This document shows positions 12,880 through 25,138 of a stretch of DNA of 64,000 bases, piece after piece. The position numbers and the translations under genes are program-made. The notes below the pieces were generated by a model, which ran no database searches, was not told the origin of the DNA, and saw nothing but the letters and a program-made list of their open reading frames with translations. Location: positions 192,898,897 to 192,962,896 of the forward strand of contig NC_085845.1 in the NCBI RefSeq assembly GCF_035594765.1, written 5' to 3'. Numbering within the stretch: position 1 is the first letter of the stretch; every line of letters begins with the position of its first letter. Source of the stretch: Anolis carolinensis. Its lineage: Eukaryota.

Positions 12880-13304
12880 CTCTGTTTCCCCGAAAATAAG
12901 ACATCCCCCAAAAATAGGACCTAGTAGAGGTTTTGATGAATTGCTAAATATAAGGCCTCCCCCGAAAGTAAGAATTAGCAAAGTTTTTGTTTGGAAGTGT
13001 GCCTGGCGCCCGCCAAACAAAACACCAGAGCATGCAGGATTGGTAAATGTGCATACCAGTTGTACATGGAAATAATGGTAGTAACAAGAAAGTCTTGACA
13101 GGAGTTACAGTTTGTCTGGTTTGGTTATGTTGGTTTGTGATGACAACTACTGTACAGTATATAATAAATGTTTATTTTTTTGTTCAACAATAAATGTTAA
13201 TTCTTCTTCATGGAAAAATAAGACATCCCCTGAAAATAAGACCTAGCACATCTTTGGGAGGAAAAAATAATATACGACACTGTCTTATTTTCGGGAAAAC
13301 ACGG
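12880..13304. mobile_element. pogo/Tc2-like MITE (same family as 1689-2053, inverted)
   Basis: TIRs CTCTGTTTCCCCGAAAATAAGACA / TGTCTTATTTTCGGGAAAACACGG; TA TSD. Confidence 0.85.
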
Positions 13305-13471
13305 TATGCTGTTTGTTTTTGCATTGATTGTCTACTGATGATATCTATCTATCTATCTATTTATCTATCTATTATTCATCCAGTAATGATATCTATTTAT
13401 CAATCTATTTATCTGGAGTTATTTGATTTCATATTCCTACATGGCAAAGGGGTTGAACTGAATCTGATCTC

Positions 13472-13619
13472 NNNNNNNNNNNNNNNNNNNNNNNNNNNNN
13501 NNNNNNNNNNNNNNNNNNNNNNNNNNNNNNNNNNNNNNNNNNNNNNNNNNNNNNNNNNNNNNNNNNNNNNNNNNNNNNNNNNNNNNNNNNNNNNNNNNNN
13601 NNNNNNNNNNNNNNNNNNN
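13472..13619. other. Assembly gap (N run)
   Basis: Run of N; right flank is G-rich. Confidence 0.99.
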
Positions 13620-14289
13620 GGGAGAGAGGGGAGCGCACATACAGTTTTGCTCCCAGTGAAATGAAGAAGGCTAAAGAGTCCACCCTTTGGAGGGTGGGGG
13701 CTGCATTGTGCCCAAAATGTTTGTGTTCTTGTTGCTTTGCACTTCCAAGAACAGAGCTGGTTGAAAGTTCAGAGAATTATGAAGAAAAATCTGGTGGTGC
13801 TTGTTGTTAAAATCTCAGGCAGCTCTTAGAAGCCACTTGATGCAAGTACGGAAGCAAAGAAGCCAAAGATAAATAAAAATGTGTGGTCCTCCCGAGAGTC
13901 ATAATTGTGTACATTTTGCATCCTTTCCCTGTACAGTTTATTCTGATAATTCTGATGCCTGTCCTCCCTAGTGTACATATAAACACACACTCACACATGA
14001 TCTGCTCTCGTAGATAAAAATGCTACGGGTCTCTAATATTATCAGGCAAGAAGGGGAGGGGAAGGGAATTACGGACATCTGTTTAACAATTCTCTTTTGT
14101 TGGAAGGATCATAGAGACACTATTGCCTGCCTGTTGCACTCAATCAAAATGAATAAAATGCTGATTTGGAAAAAAAAAATGTCAGGGGAGGAGAGAGAAA
14201 AAAATCAGGCGGAAGGGAGCCTTAAAGTATTTGCTTACACTTTTCTGTTTTAATTTCAGCTGTGTGATGATGAGGGAGAATCCCTAGGG

Positions 14290-14890
14290 CTTGTTGGGGC
14301 ACGCGGAGTGGGTGGGTAGATGTTTCAGTAATGGTAAAAGCAAGGGTTTTGTTTTATTTCCTTGCGACAGGCCCGGGAGAGCTAAACAGCAGTCGGAACT
14401 AATTGTAGCTCACTTAGGAAAGTCTTCATTAGCGCTTGCCACACATGGTCGCCAGATGTGCTGGACAGAGGGAGGGGGAAAGGGGGGGGGCGCATGTGAA
14501 GAACATGCTAACATACTTAAACCTAATAATCTGCCTTTTGTTTCCTGGCCTATTGTGTTGGGGAGGGCAGGAATGGGGGGGGAAACCCTGCCTGCCGCTT
14601 TTTTTTTGGATGCACTCAGTTCCCTGTTGGCTGAATGGAATGCTTTGTCTACTGTTCCTTCCGAGGGAAACACACACACACACACAATCCCAGTCCCAGT
14701 GAAAGGATATTTTTATAGCTATCAGTGACCTATTCTTCTGTTGGACGAGGGCAAAATTATCCGGGGCTTGGAAAGTGGCAAAGTGCTGCCCCCGCTGGCT
14801 GCTTTGAGGTGGCAAACTTGCCGTTCAGTAAAGATATCAATTCGTACAATATTGCTTGGGCACAACAACCGCCGACCCAGTGCCCTTTCA
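14290..14890. promoter_or_regulatory. GC/CpG-enriched unique region, candidate enhancer or promoter
   Basis: Retained CpGs, G-runs, E-boxes CACATG-N5-CAGATG at 14442-14458; no repeat recognised. Confidence 0.3.
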
Positions 14891-15043
14891 TACTAAACAA
14901 CTAGAGCCACATGATTCTGCTTTTTAAGTAGCATGGCTCTTTGGTGAGCTGACTCAAGGAAGTTGTCTTTCTGAGAATTCTGAATAACTCTCCCTAAACT
15001 GCAAATCAGAGGATTTGATTGGATGGAACTAGGGTGATTAAGT

Positions 15044-15377
15044 GGAGCCCCGGTGGTGAAGTGTGTTAAAGCGCTGAGGTGCTGAACTTGCAGACCGGAA
15101 GGTCCCAGCTTCAAAACCCCGGAGCGGCTTGAGCACCCGCTGTTAGCCCCAGCTCCTGCCAACGTAGCAGTTCGAAAACATGCAAATGTGAGTAGATCAA
15201 CAGGTACCGCACCGGCGGGAAGGTAACGGCGCTCCATGCAGTCATGCCAGCCACATGACCTTGGAGGTATCTACAGACAACGCCGGCTCTTCAGCTTAGA
15301 AATGGAGATGAGCACCAACCCCCAGAGTCAGACATGACTGGACTTGACATCAGTGGAAATCTCTATCTTTACCTTTA
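15044..15377 (+). mobile_element. Sauria SINE, full length
   Basis: tRNA-like head GGAGCCCCGGTGGTGAAGTGTGTTAAAGCG, conserved body, (ACCTTT)-type tail. Confidence 0.92.
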
Positions 15378-15378
15378 T

Positions 15379-15651
15379 GGGGTTTTTTCCCCTCATGTCA
15401 GGAGCAACCAGAGTTGCTTCTGGAGTAAGAGAATTGGCTGTCTGCAAGGACGTTGCCCAGGGGATGCCCGGATGTTTTGATGTTTTACCATCCTTGTGGG
15501 AGGCTTCTCTCATGTCCCCGCATGGAGCTGGAGTTGATAGAGGGAGCTCATCCGCGCTCTCCCCGGGCGGGATTCGAACCTGGCAGCTTTCAGGTCAGCA
15601 ACCCAACCTTCAAGTCACGAGGATTTTATCCCCTAGGCCACCGGAGGCTCC
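15379..15651 (-). mobile_element. tRNA-head SINE (TGACAYG-An family) inserted in the Sauria SINE tail
   Basis: B-box GGTTCGAATCC on the minus strand; TSD TACCTTTA at 15370-15377 and 15652-15659. Confidence 0.88.
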
Positions 15652-15671
15652 TACCTTTACGATGATTAAAG

Positions 15672-15925
15672 CAGAATCATAGAAGTCAAAGAGACCACAG
15701 GGGCAATCCACTCCACACCCTTGCCATCCAAGAAAATACAACCTAAACACTTATGATAGATGGCCATCCAGGCTCTGCTTAAAAACCTCCAGACAAGGAG
15801 ACTTCACTACACTCTCAAGGCAGCATATTCCACTGATAAACAGCTCTTAGTCAGGAAGGTCGTCCTAATGTTTAGATGGAATCTCTTATTCTGCAATTTT
15901 ACTCCATTTGAGTCCCAGCTCTAGA
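15672..15925 (-). mobile_element. CR1 LINE 3' fragment
   Basis: GAATCATAGAA tail and ATGGCCATCCAG..CTCTGCTTAAAAACCTCC..CCTAATGTTTAGATGGAATCTC, the reverse complement of a CR1 ORF2 end. Confidence 0.8.
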
Positions 15926-16964
15926 GCAGCTGAATCACCCTTCTGTAATTCCCAGATTAAATGCAATAATCATATGTATTGACCAAGTTGAGAGCTGCCA
16001 AAAGAATGGAAACAACTTTGACACCCATCTATTTTCCTGCCTTCCTTAGTTCTTCGGTACCTGTGGCCCTCTAGATGTTACTGGACTGCAAAAATTATAA
16101 TCCCTAACTATACTGGTTGGCAGTGATGGGTATTTGGGTTGAATAAGAAAGAAAGCAAATAAACCAGTGCACTTTCATTAATATTCTCAACGAATCAGAC
16201 CAAAAAAATGATAACTTCTTTTTCAAAACCTTTGTAAGGCAGTTACCTTCAAAGGGTCCTGGCTCAGGAGGGAAATCAGGCAGAAAACCCAGTCTCGTGA
16301 GAGATGCAAAAAGCAAAGTTTATTTTCACCACAGCCGTGAGAAGGCGACAACTGTACATACCCCAGAGGGCTGTATCATGCAAATGGCCATCGCAAAAGC
16401 ATGTTGCAGCAAACAAAGAATTTAAACCTTTGGCTTATCTAAAATTGACCAATGGCTGAGGGTCTTCCTCACCTTCCACACCCACTTGGCTTAAGTGATA
16501 CCTGTGATCTCACTTTTAATTTCAAGCTAACATTTGGTCTTGGAACTTTCTGGAGAAAGGCACCAGCTCACAGGAAGGGAGGGGCATATGCAGAGGCAAA
16601 ACTACATAGGCAAAAGTTTACTATTTTCTGGCTTATGGTCCCTTCACCTTGATAGTTGTTTATTTCTTTTCCAGTCTCACCTTGAGCATATCCAGACTAG
16701 CCTTGGGAACTTGTATAAAAGATCTCTGGTTGTACTGGGATCGCAGAGAAAATAGAGCATTCTGGGATAAAAAGCATGTGTGAATCTCCAAAATAAAATT
16801 GAAATGAATAGAAATGAGCTTACTTAAATAAGTTTTGAAGCAGCCTCAAAGAGAGGTGGAGAAAGTGTCTCCCCCCCCCCCAAAGAAGTCTTATGATTTT
16901 GTTAAATTAAAAATGTTCGTTATGCCCTTTAACAAGCATGAGGTACATTTTGACTTCATTATTG

Positions 16965-17009
<45 letters not shown>

Positions 17010-18189
17010 CAAAAAAAGGTGTGTAAAGGAGCATGAAGGTGCTACACTTTGACGGATCCCTCAGGAGACAATGTAGACCCCTAATCTCTGGCATAAGGTC
17101 AACGGCTGCAGCTCTCCAGTATCACAAATCTGGTAGTTGGACCTTCCATTTGGATGAAACAACCCTCAATTTATTTTGGTAATTTATTCTTTTTATTATT
17201 ATTTTTAAATACAGTACAACTGAACTGGTCTTCTCATCCATGGATTCCATTTCTACGATTTCACTTACTTATGCTCCCCACCCCCAACAGAGGTGTTTGT
17301 GGACCTCTCTAGGTCTTCCAGTGTGATTCCATGGTATACTTTATGCTCAAATATAGTCAAAATATAGGATTTGCCATTATCCAAAATTTCAGGAATTCAA
17401 ACAGGATCTTAGAGCATATTCCATGTGGATACAGGGGACATCGTGTATATCCCTCTGGTCTGTGGAGAAGAAAGGAAGGGGTAAAACCGGAACTTGGAAA
17501 CATAATTCTTTGGACTACAATTCCCAGTATCACCAGCTATGGGGATGATCCTTGAGGATTTATTCCCACTCCCAAATAAACTCCCCCAAGCATTGAATTA
17601 AAGGGCTTCATTTCCAAAACTTCTCTCCACAGGAATAGTTTAAAGGAAGCCTTTGGTTGTTTACAGAGCTGATATTTTTCCTCTCCTCTTACCACCTCCC
17701 TGAAAAGTTGGCAAGTTTGTGAAAGTTTGGAAAGAGACACTGGCAATGGAGGAAAGCTGGTGGCGAGCATTACTGAGCTGCGGCAAAATGCCAAAGGGAG
17801 GTTGGGCTCAGCTCACAATGGCCTGGAGATTTGTAAGCCGGGGGAGATTTGTTTCCAGCCATCCTTGTTATGAAATCCTCCTCCTCCTCCTTCCATATTT
17901 CCAAATGGCCATGTGAAGTGATCGTTCATCAAAAAAAAGGGGAAATAAGGCTAAATTCAAGGGAAAATTCTGTGCTGCTTTTCTGAAGCCAGCATACACT
18001 TTCTATTGATTTTTTTTGAAGTTCCTTGAATCCTTAACTGGGAGCACCCTTATGTGGATTTGACCTTGGGGCTTCAGTCTAAGCACATATTAACTTAAAG
18101 GAAATTTGTCAGTCTAATGAAGTCCATTTAATCCTTGCAATTTCAAATATCAGGCTTATTTCTCTTTTTTCCCTCTTCTACTTTTTTTG

Positions 18190-18500
18190 GCAGCAAAGGA
18201 ACATACGCTCGACAGACAATGAAAGCCGTTTTAAACTTGCTAAACTCTCTGAAAGAGATGTGTACTGCTAATTAATGTATGTGTTGAATTGTAATTATGT
18301 CATCCTGAGGGATTTACAAAATAGAATCTAGTTAAAATTTGATTCAATCTTCAATCATTCACAGGAGGTGCACAAATTATCATTCATTTAGTGCGCTCTG
18401 ATTTCACTTCTGAAGGTAATCTAGAAAAATGGGAAAGGGATTTTTTTTTTGTTCTCCTCGGCATTGTTTAAAGACTAATATCCCTTAATTATTGTATTGT
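18190..18500. promoter_or_regulatory. Candidate conserved non-coding element (enhancer-like)
   Basis: Repeat-free; three TAATTA homeodomain sites; SOX-type ACAATG and CATTGT; retained CpGs; conservation not testable here. Confidence 0.3.
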
Positions 18501-18830
18501 ACCACCAAAGGAGCTTCAATCAGAGCAGAGCAAGAAGTTCAGGAGTGAATGTGAGATTCCTGCACCCTGTTCATCTCTGGGGTTTGCAAAGTAGAGGTGG
18601 GAAGGGGCATTTGAAGGACAGCAATGATGGGCGGTGCGTAACCCTCTCCCCACGTTTTATTTACCCTCCCTCCCAGAGCTCCTTTTCTGCTTTGTCTTTT
18701 CTGGTCATTTCTCCCCAGAACCCCAATATGTACAAAATTCCCCAGAAGTGGGAATTTTGTACAGATTTCACACCTCTAGAGTGTGTATAAATAAGCGTGT
18801 GGAGACCGTGTGTGTGAGCATGGTATAGTT

Positions 18831-19035
18831 TGTGTTGTTGAAGGCTTTCATGGCTGGAATCACAGGGTTGTTGTGTGTTTTCCGGGATGTATGGTCATGT
18901 TCCAGAAGCATTCTCTCCTGATGTTTCACCCACATTTATGGCGGGCATCTTCAGAGGTTTTGAGGTCTGTTGGAAACTAGGCAAGTGTGGTTTATATATC
19001 TGTGGAAAGTCCAGGTTGGGAGAAAGAACTCTTGT
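18831..19035 (-). mobile_element. Penelope-like element terminal repeat (pLTR) fragment
   Basis: Homologous to 28635-28858 and 42193-42462; carries a hammerhead motif at 18913-18958. Confidence 0.8.
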
Positions 19036-19267
19036 GTTTTAGCATACAATGGTGGTAGTGTTATTGTTGTTGTTCCTTTGCAGAAAAGCCACTATAAAAT
19101 GTTCAGTCGGCCCTGTATATCCGCAGGTTCTGCACACACAGTTAGAACCATCCACTGTTTGAAAAATTCATCTAGCCCACATTGAAATTTAATTAAACAA
19201 TCCTAGCTGGCTGGAACTACAGTCAGGTGTCTGTATCTATGAATTCTGTATCCATTATTCAATAATA

Positions 19268-19540
19268 GGAGCTGCAGTGGCGCAATGGGTTAAACCCTTG
19301 TGCCGGCTGGACCACTGATCTGAAGGTTGGGTTGCTGACCTGAAGGTTGCCAGTTCAAATCTATGAGATGGGGTGAGCTCCCATCTGTCAACTCTAGCTT
19401 GCAGGGACATGAGGGAAGCCTCCCAGCAGGATGGTAGCACATCCAGGCGTCCCCTGGGTAATGTCTCTGTAGACAGCCAATTCTCTCACACCAGAATCAA
19501 CTTGCAGTATGTTCTCACATCACTTCTGACACAATAAAAA
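19268..19540 (+). mobile_element. tRNA-head SINE (TGACAC-An family) inside an older Tigger-like MITE (~19103-19750)
   Basis: GGAGCTGCAGTGGCGCAATGGGTTAAACCC head; ends CTTCTGACACAATAAAAAA. Confidence 0.85.
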
Positions 19541-21325
19541 ATAATCCATGGCTTGAAATGGTTCTTTAAAAATCCAAACATTGATTTTTTACCATTTTTT
19601 ATAAAGTACACAATTTTACTACATTCATACTCAGTCATGTGGGATCGCCTATGATGACACCATTGGATATGACAGGAAGTGAGCAACCACGGATTTTGGT
19701 ATCCATGGAAGGTACTAGAACTAAATCCCAGTGGATAACAAGGGCATATCTTATTTACAAAGTTTTTTAAATGCAGCTGGTATTTTATTCTGCAAAATAT
19801 CCCACGGCTGAAAATGGGTTTTTGAAATAGTGGGATTTTGTGCCAAAATACTAATTTGGCCAGAAAAAAGTATGCGATTCCACCCATCATTGTTACAGAG
19901 AGAAATTGTGCATTTCTGGAAATTCCTGGTATCATTTCCTAAGTAGTTTCCTAGGCAAATACTAACCAGGCCTAATCCTGCATTGCTCCCATCATCAGGT
20001 ATGTTCAGCATGTATTGATGGTCTGATAGACTCATTGCAGAAAGGTAGAACATCCAAGGAGGGAACAAGTCTTTGCCCCAGAATCCTCCAAAACCTGGAG
20101 GCATCATTGTATGTGAACACACTGGAATAATTTTCCAGACTGGAACTTTTGAGTTGGCCTTCTGGATGAATTGCTTGGAGACCGGTCTAAAATAACATAT
20201 TTCCAGTGAGAGAGGGGGAAGAGAGAGTGAGTGTGTGTGTGCATGCATGTGTCAGATGGACTGATGGATAGATGTTTGCAACAGATGCCAACTACATGTT
20301 GGGATGACCTTTCCAAGGGAGAGGTCCCCAGCAGGAAGTTGCACAGAAGCTGAAAAGTGGAATGCAAACTTTAAGTAAGCTCAACACCTCCCCACAGCTC
20401 TAGCTCTGAATGCTGCAGCTGCTCTACTGTGATTAGAGTTGCCAGCTAATTTTTCTTTAATGTGAACTTAAGAGTGAATCTGAGGGTTCTTCTTCTGGAA
20501 AAACTATTAAGGAATTTCTATGGAAACCAAAATTATTTCGACAAGACTAGCAGCATTTCTCAGGTGAGGTCTAACAACCTCAACTCTTGCCAGTTCCCTA
20601 TGCCTACCACATTGTTTCCCACCTTACAATATTAGAGTGGCTCAGATGAATGGGTACATTTTCATTTGGGAGTCTTCATGTTTGCCAGATTGCTACACGG
20701 ACCACAAAATTCAGTTGGATACCAACTGAGCAATTTAGAAAACACTAGTCCACCTTGGCTAAGACCATTGTGGAGACCATCCAGTTCAAATGGGATCCAA
20801 TTCCAAATCTCAGTTTGGAAGCCTACATCCTTTTTTCTATAATTAATTATCATTGGCAGTTAGCAAATTTCTTCCCCCATATTTGTTAAAACTAGATACT
20901 GGCATCGTGGAACCGTAGGAGAGAATTGTACCTTCCAAAGTTCAACATGTTTATTGCTACATGTTGAGTGCCTTTAATTTTTTGGTTACTTTTTCTGATT
21001 AGAGGTGAAATTGTATATTTTATAAGAAATATTCATGTTGTAAACTTCTTAATAGATTGGGTGAAATTTTCAAGGGGCATTTTCTACTGTGAATTATAAA
21101 GATTAATTTCTTGTTGTGGTTTTTGTGGTCGTCATCATCATCATCATCATCATCTATTTCGGTGATTGATACCTACAGAATGCATGCAGTCAATTTTATG
21201 AAAAATGAATATTTACAATTTGGAGTTTTACCCCACCAAAATGAAGGAAACATCTGCCTACTAAATTGTTTTTTTTAAATTCCACCACTACTCCCAGCCC
21301 CCAGGTTTTCCTGATATGAAGAGCT

Positions 21326-21540
21326 TGGGGAGATATGTAGCATCTACACTGGATAATTAATGCAGTTTGACATAACTTTAACCTTCATGGTTGAATGCTG
21401 TGGAATCATGGAAATCGTAGTTTTGCAAGCTCGTTAGCCATCTCTAACAAAGAGTTCTGGTGTCTCACCAAACTACAACTCCTAAGATTTCATAGCATTG
21501 ATCCATGAAAATTTAATTTTACAGTGCGGATCCACTCCGT
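21326..21540. mobile_element. Degraded PIF/Harbinger-like MITE
   Basis: GCATCTACACTG...CAGTGCGGAT ends; homologous to the host MITE at 24460-25152. Confidence 0.6.
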
Positions 21541-21563
21541 GTCTGCATTTCTATATAATACAC

Positions 21564-21597
<34 letters not shown>

Positions 21598-21601
<4 letters not shown>

Positions 21602-22068
21602 GTATTGGGAAATGAGCACGCAAAGATACTGTGGGACTTCCGAATCCAGACTGATGAAGTTCTGGAACACAACACACCAGACATCACAGTTGTGGAAAAG
21701 AAAAAGGTCTGGATCATTGATGTCGCCATCCCAGGTGACAGTTACATTGACAAAAACAACAGGAAAAACTCAGCCGCTATCAGGACCTCAAGATTGAACT
21801 TCAAAGACTCTGGCAGAAACCAGTGCAGGTGGTCCTGGTGGTGATCGGCACATTGGGTGCCGTGTCAAAAGATCTCAGCTGGCCTTCGGAAACAATAGAC
21901 ATTGACAAAATCACGATCTGCCAACTGCAAAAGGCGACCCTACTGGGATCTGCACGCATCATCCGAAAATACATCACATAGTCCTAGACACTTGGGAAGT
22001 GTTTGACTTGTGATTTTGTGATATGAAATCCAGCATGTCTATCTTGTTTGCTGTGTCATACAATAAAA
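21598..22068 (+). mobile_element. 5'-truncated Dong/R4-clade non-LTR retrotransposon (RLE endonuclease domain plus 3' UTR)
   Basis: KILWDFRIQTD..HNTPDITVVEKKKVWIIDVAIPGD..SRYQDLKIELQRLW..VVIGTLG..LQKATLLGSARIIRK is a PD-(D/E)xK restriction-like endonuclease; directly follows an (AAT)n tract. Confidence 0.88.
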
Positions 22069-22069
22069 T

Positions 22070-22116
<47 letters not shown>

Positions 22117-22925
22117 CTTTATTCTTGTATCCCACCACCATCTCCCCGAAGGGACTCGGGGTGGCTTACACAAGGCACAAGGTGCCTAAAAAGCAGGACA
22201 TGAAATAAAACACAATATAAAATACAATTGAATAAAACATATAAGCATATAAACAACAAAATATAGCTCAGAATAAAATAGCGCTCATCCATCAATGACT
22301 GTAGCTGATGTAAACATGGCCAGGTTATAAACAATAGGGCAAGGGAATGGGAATAAGTGCAGAGTTGTAACCATGGGACAGGGGCATGGGATAAAGTGCA
22401 AGCCTGCATAACAAATTCGTAGATCGACTAGGGACTAGGTTTCCCCTGACGTTAAGTCTAGTCATATCCGACTCTGGGGGTTGGTGCTCATCTCCATTTC
22501 TAAGCCGAAGAGCCAACATTGTTCATAGACACCTCCAAGGTAATGTGACCGGCATGACTGCATGGAGCACTATTACCTTCCCGCCAGAGCGGTACATATT
22601 GATCTACTCACATTTGCATATTTTTGAACTGCTAGGTTGGCAGGAGCTGGGGCTAACAGCGGGCGCTCATTCCGCTCCCGGGATTTGAACCTGGCACCTT
22701 TTGGTCCACAAGTTCAGCAGCTCAGCGCTTTAACACACTGTGCCATCAGGGGCCCCTTGGCTAGGGACTAGGTGTTCTCAAAAGCTTGTTTGAAAAGCCA
22801 GGTCTTCAGGTCCCTATGGAAGGAAGACAGTGTGGGGGCTTGTCTAATCTCCCTGGGGAGAGCTTTGCAAAGCCAGGGAGCCACCACTGAAAATGCCCTC
22901 TTCCTCATGTCCACCAACAAATCTG
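22070..22925 (-). mobile_element. L2 LINE 3' end, interrupted by a Sauria SINE
   Basis: (CAA)n/TTTATT tail and stem-loop at 22070-22170; minus-strand peptide AFSVVAPWLCKALPREIRQAPTLSSFHRDLKTWLFKQAF at 22775-22900. Confidence 0.8.
22441..22757 (-). mobile_element. Sauria SINE
   Basis: Full body; 13-bp TSD CTAGGGACTAGGT at 22428-22440 and 22761-22773. Confidence 0.92.
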
Positions 22926-24015
22926 CAGGCATGCTCATATTTGGATTCAGTCACTTCAGAGGAATCGTGATTCAGTTGGGACATTTCCCAAATCATCCCA
23001 ATTTTAATTTGGGATTTATCCAAATCTGAAGTGCACCTCTAGTATTTAAAAACATTACTATCTTACATCAGGGTGCTATGGCTGTAGAAAGAAGCATGCA
23101 GCTAATTTTGTGGAAATGTTTCTTTTTTATTATTTAGACAAGCTTATCATCCTTCATTGGCCTCCTCATTGTCCCCAAAGAGTCATTCTTCTTTTTATTC
23201 TTGGGGGATAATTACTGCACCTTAGAAAACGTGTGTATGAAGCAGTGCATTTTTAATTTGCCTCTATTTATGGCCAAGTGGAGCAATAGTGGTGATAAAA
23301 GACATTCTGGACAAATCTCCCTTTTTCTGACTCTTCTAATCTTTAGGAAATGAGATCCAGTCATTCTGCCCAGCTTCTCATTTTAGTTTTCATCAATGCT
23401 GATCTTATATCCCTTGGCACACAGTGATGATGGTTGGAGGAGCAGTAGTGGTAATTGTTCTACTCTGTGTTTGGAAAGTTCCTTTTTTGGACTACAAATT
23501 TCAGAATTCCCATTCAGTACGAATCAGAAACTTTATTATAGGTATCCTGAGGATTTTATAATATAAGACATGTAACATCAAGAAAAAAAAAGAAATAGAA
23601 ATAAATATTCTAAATTATTAGACTATATTTCAAAGCATTTTACATTCTCCTATAAAACTAATGAACAAGAAAGTTTCAGATTAATACTTATACTGTAATA
23701 TGTCCCTTAATGAAATGAGAATGTGGTTTCTTAGCTGCCAATGAAAATCAGGCTACTGAATGTGTGAAAAACAGCTGAGTGTCAGCTATTCTACTACTTT
23801 CCTGCAGTCTGTATATAAGTGAGTAAGGGGTGACAAAAATCTTGGTCTATGAATCCTTGGTCTTTGTAGTTCTGAATAAAGGGAGCAGGATGACAAGCAT
23901 GGAACTATGTCATATGTCAACTAACTAGACATTTTCTTTCTGCAACTGGGAATCCTAAAAACGCCATTCCATAAAGGGAGAAGACAACTGCTGGAATATG
24001 TGTTCTATAAAAGCT

Positions 24016-24308
24016 CTGCCCAACTGCTCACTGGAGGGAAGGATATTAGAGGTGAAGATGAAGTACTTTGGCAACATAATGAGAAGACAGGAAAGCTTAG
24101 AGAAGACAATGATGCTGGGGAAAGTGGAAGGAAAAAGGAAGAGGGGCCGACCAAGGGTAAAATGGATAGATGGTATCCTTGAAGTGACTAGGTTGACCTT
24201 GAAGGAGCTGGGAGTGGCCACGGCTGACAGGGAGCTCTGGTGTGGGCTAGTCCATGAGTTCACAAAGAGACGGCAGCAACTGAATGATTAACAACAAACA
24301 ACAAACAA
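24016..24308 (+). mobile_element. RTE/BovB LINE 3' fragment
   Basis: SLEGRILEVKMKYFGNIMRRQESLEKTMMLGKVEGKRKRGRPRVKWIDGI..WCGLVHE matches the BovB ORF C-terminus; (CAA)-rich tail. Confidence 0.9.
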
Positions 24309-24557
24309 AAGAGCTCTTCAAAACTGATCAAAACCCACAGCTTAAAAAGACCATGTCCTTGCATGATTGATCTAGATGTGTGGATACCAAATGAAAAGCT
24401 CTGCCTCATTGATGGCTGTTGTGACAAATAATGTACTTTTGTAAAGTTGTAAGAATTGAGGGTGCATCTACACTGTAGAATTGATATAGTTTGACACCAC
24501 ATTAACTGTCAAGGACTAATGCTATGGAATTTTGGGCTTTGTAGCCAGCACTCTTTA

Positions 24558-24894
24558 GTAAAGGTAAAGGTAAAGGTCTTCCCCTGACGTTAAGTCCAGT
24601 CGTGTCCGACTCTGGGGGTTGGTGCTCATCTCCATTTCTAAGCCAAAGAGCCGGCGCTGTCCGTAGACACCTCCAAGGTCATGTGGCCATAGGCATGACT
24701 GCATGGAGCACCATTACCTTCCTGCCGAAGCAGTACCTATTGATCTACTTACATTTGCATGTTTTCTAACTGCTAGGTTGGCAGGAGCTGGGTCTAACAG
24801 CGGGTGCTCATTCTGCTCCCGGTACTTGAACCTGGGACCTTTTGGTCCGCAAGTTCAGCAGCTCAGCACTTTAACGCACTGTGCCACCAGGGGC
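24558..24894 (-). mobile_element. Sauria SINE
   Basis: (AAAGGT)3 tail on the plus strand, full body and head. Confidence 0.92.
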
Positions 24895-25003
24895 ACAGTA
24901 GAAAAGGCTAAAGTCCTTGTAAAATGGCACCTTCCATGTGTCCATAGAATTGATCCATGGCAGTTGAAATGTTGTTAAACTGCATTACTTCTTCAGTGTA
25001 GAT

Positions 25004-25138
25004 CAGTGGTTCTCAACCTGTGAGTCCCCAGGTGTTTTGGCCTACAACTCCCAGAAATCCCAGCCAGTTTACCAGCTGTTAGGACTTCTGGGAGTTGAAG
25101 GCCAAAACATCTGGGGACCCACAAGCTGAGAACCACTG
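25004..25138. mobile_element. Palindromic hAT (Charlie-type) MITE
   Basis: CAGTGGTTCTCAACCTG...GAGAACCACTG near-palindrome; perfect 8-bp TSD GTGTAGAT. Confidence 0.9.

Noticed and set aside
15044-15125. tRNA genes at SINE heads
   Set aside because: A/B boxes are present but continue into SINE bodies; no complete cloverleaf
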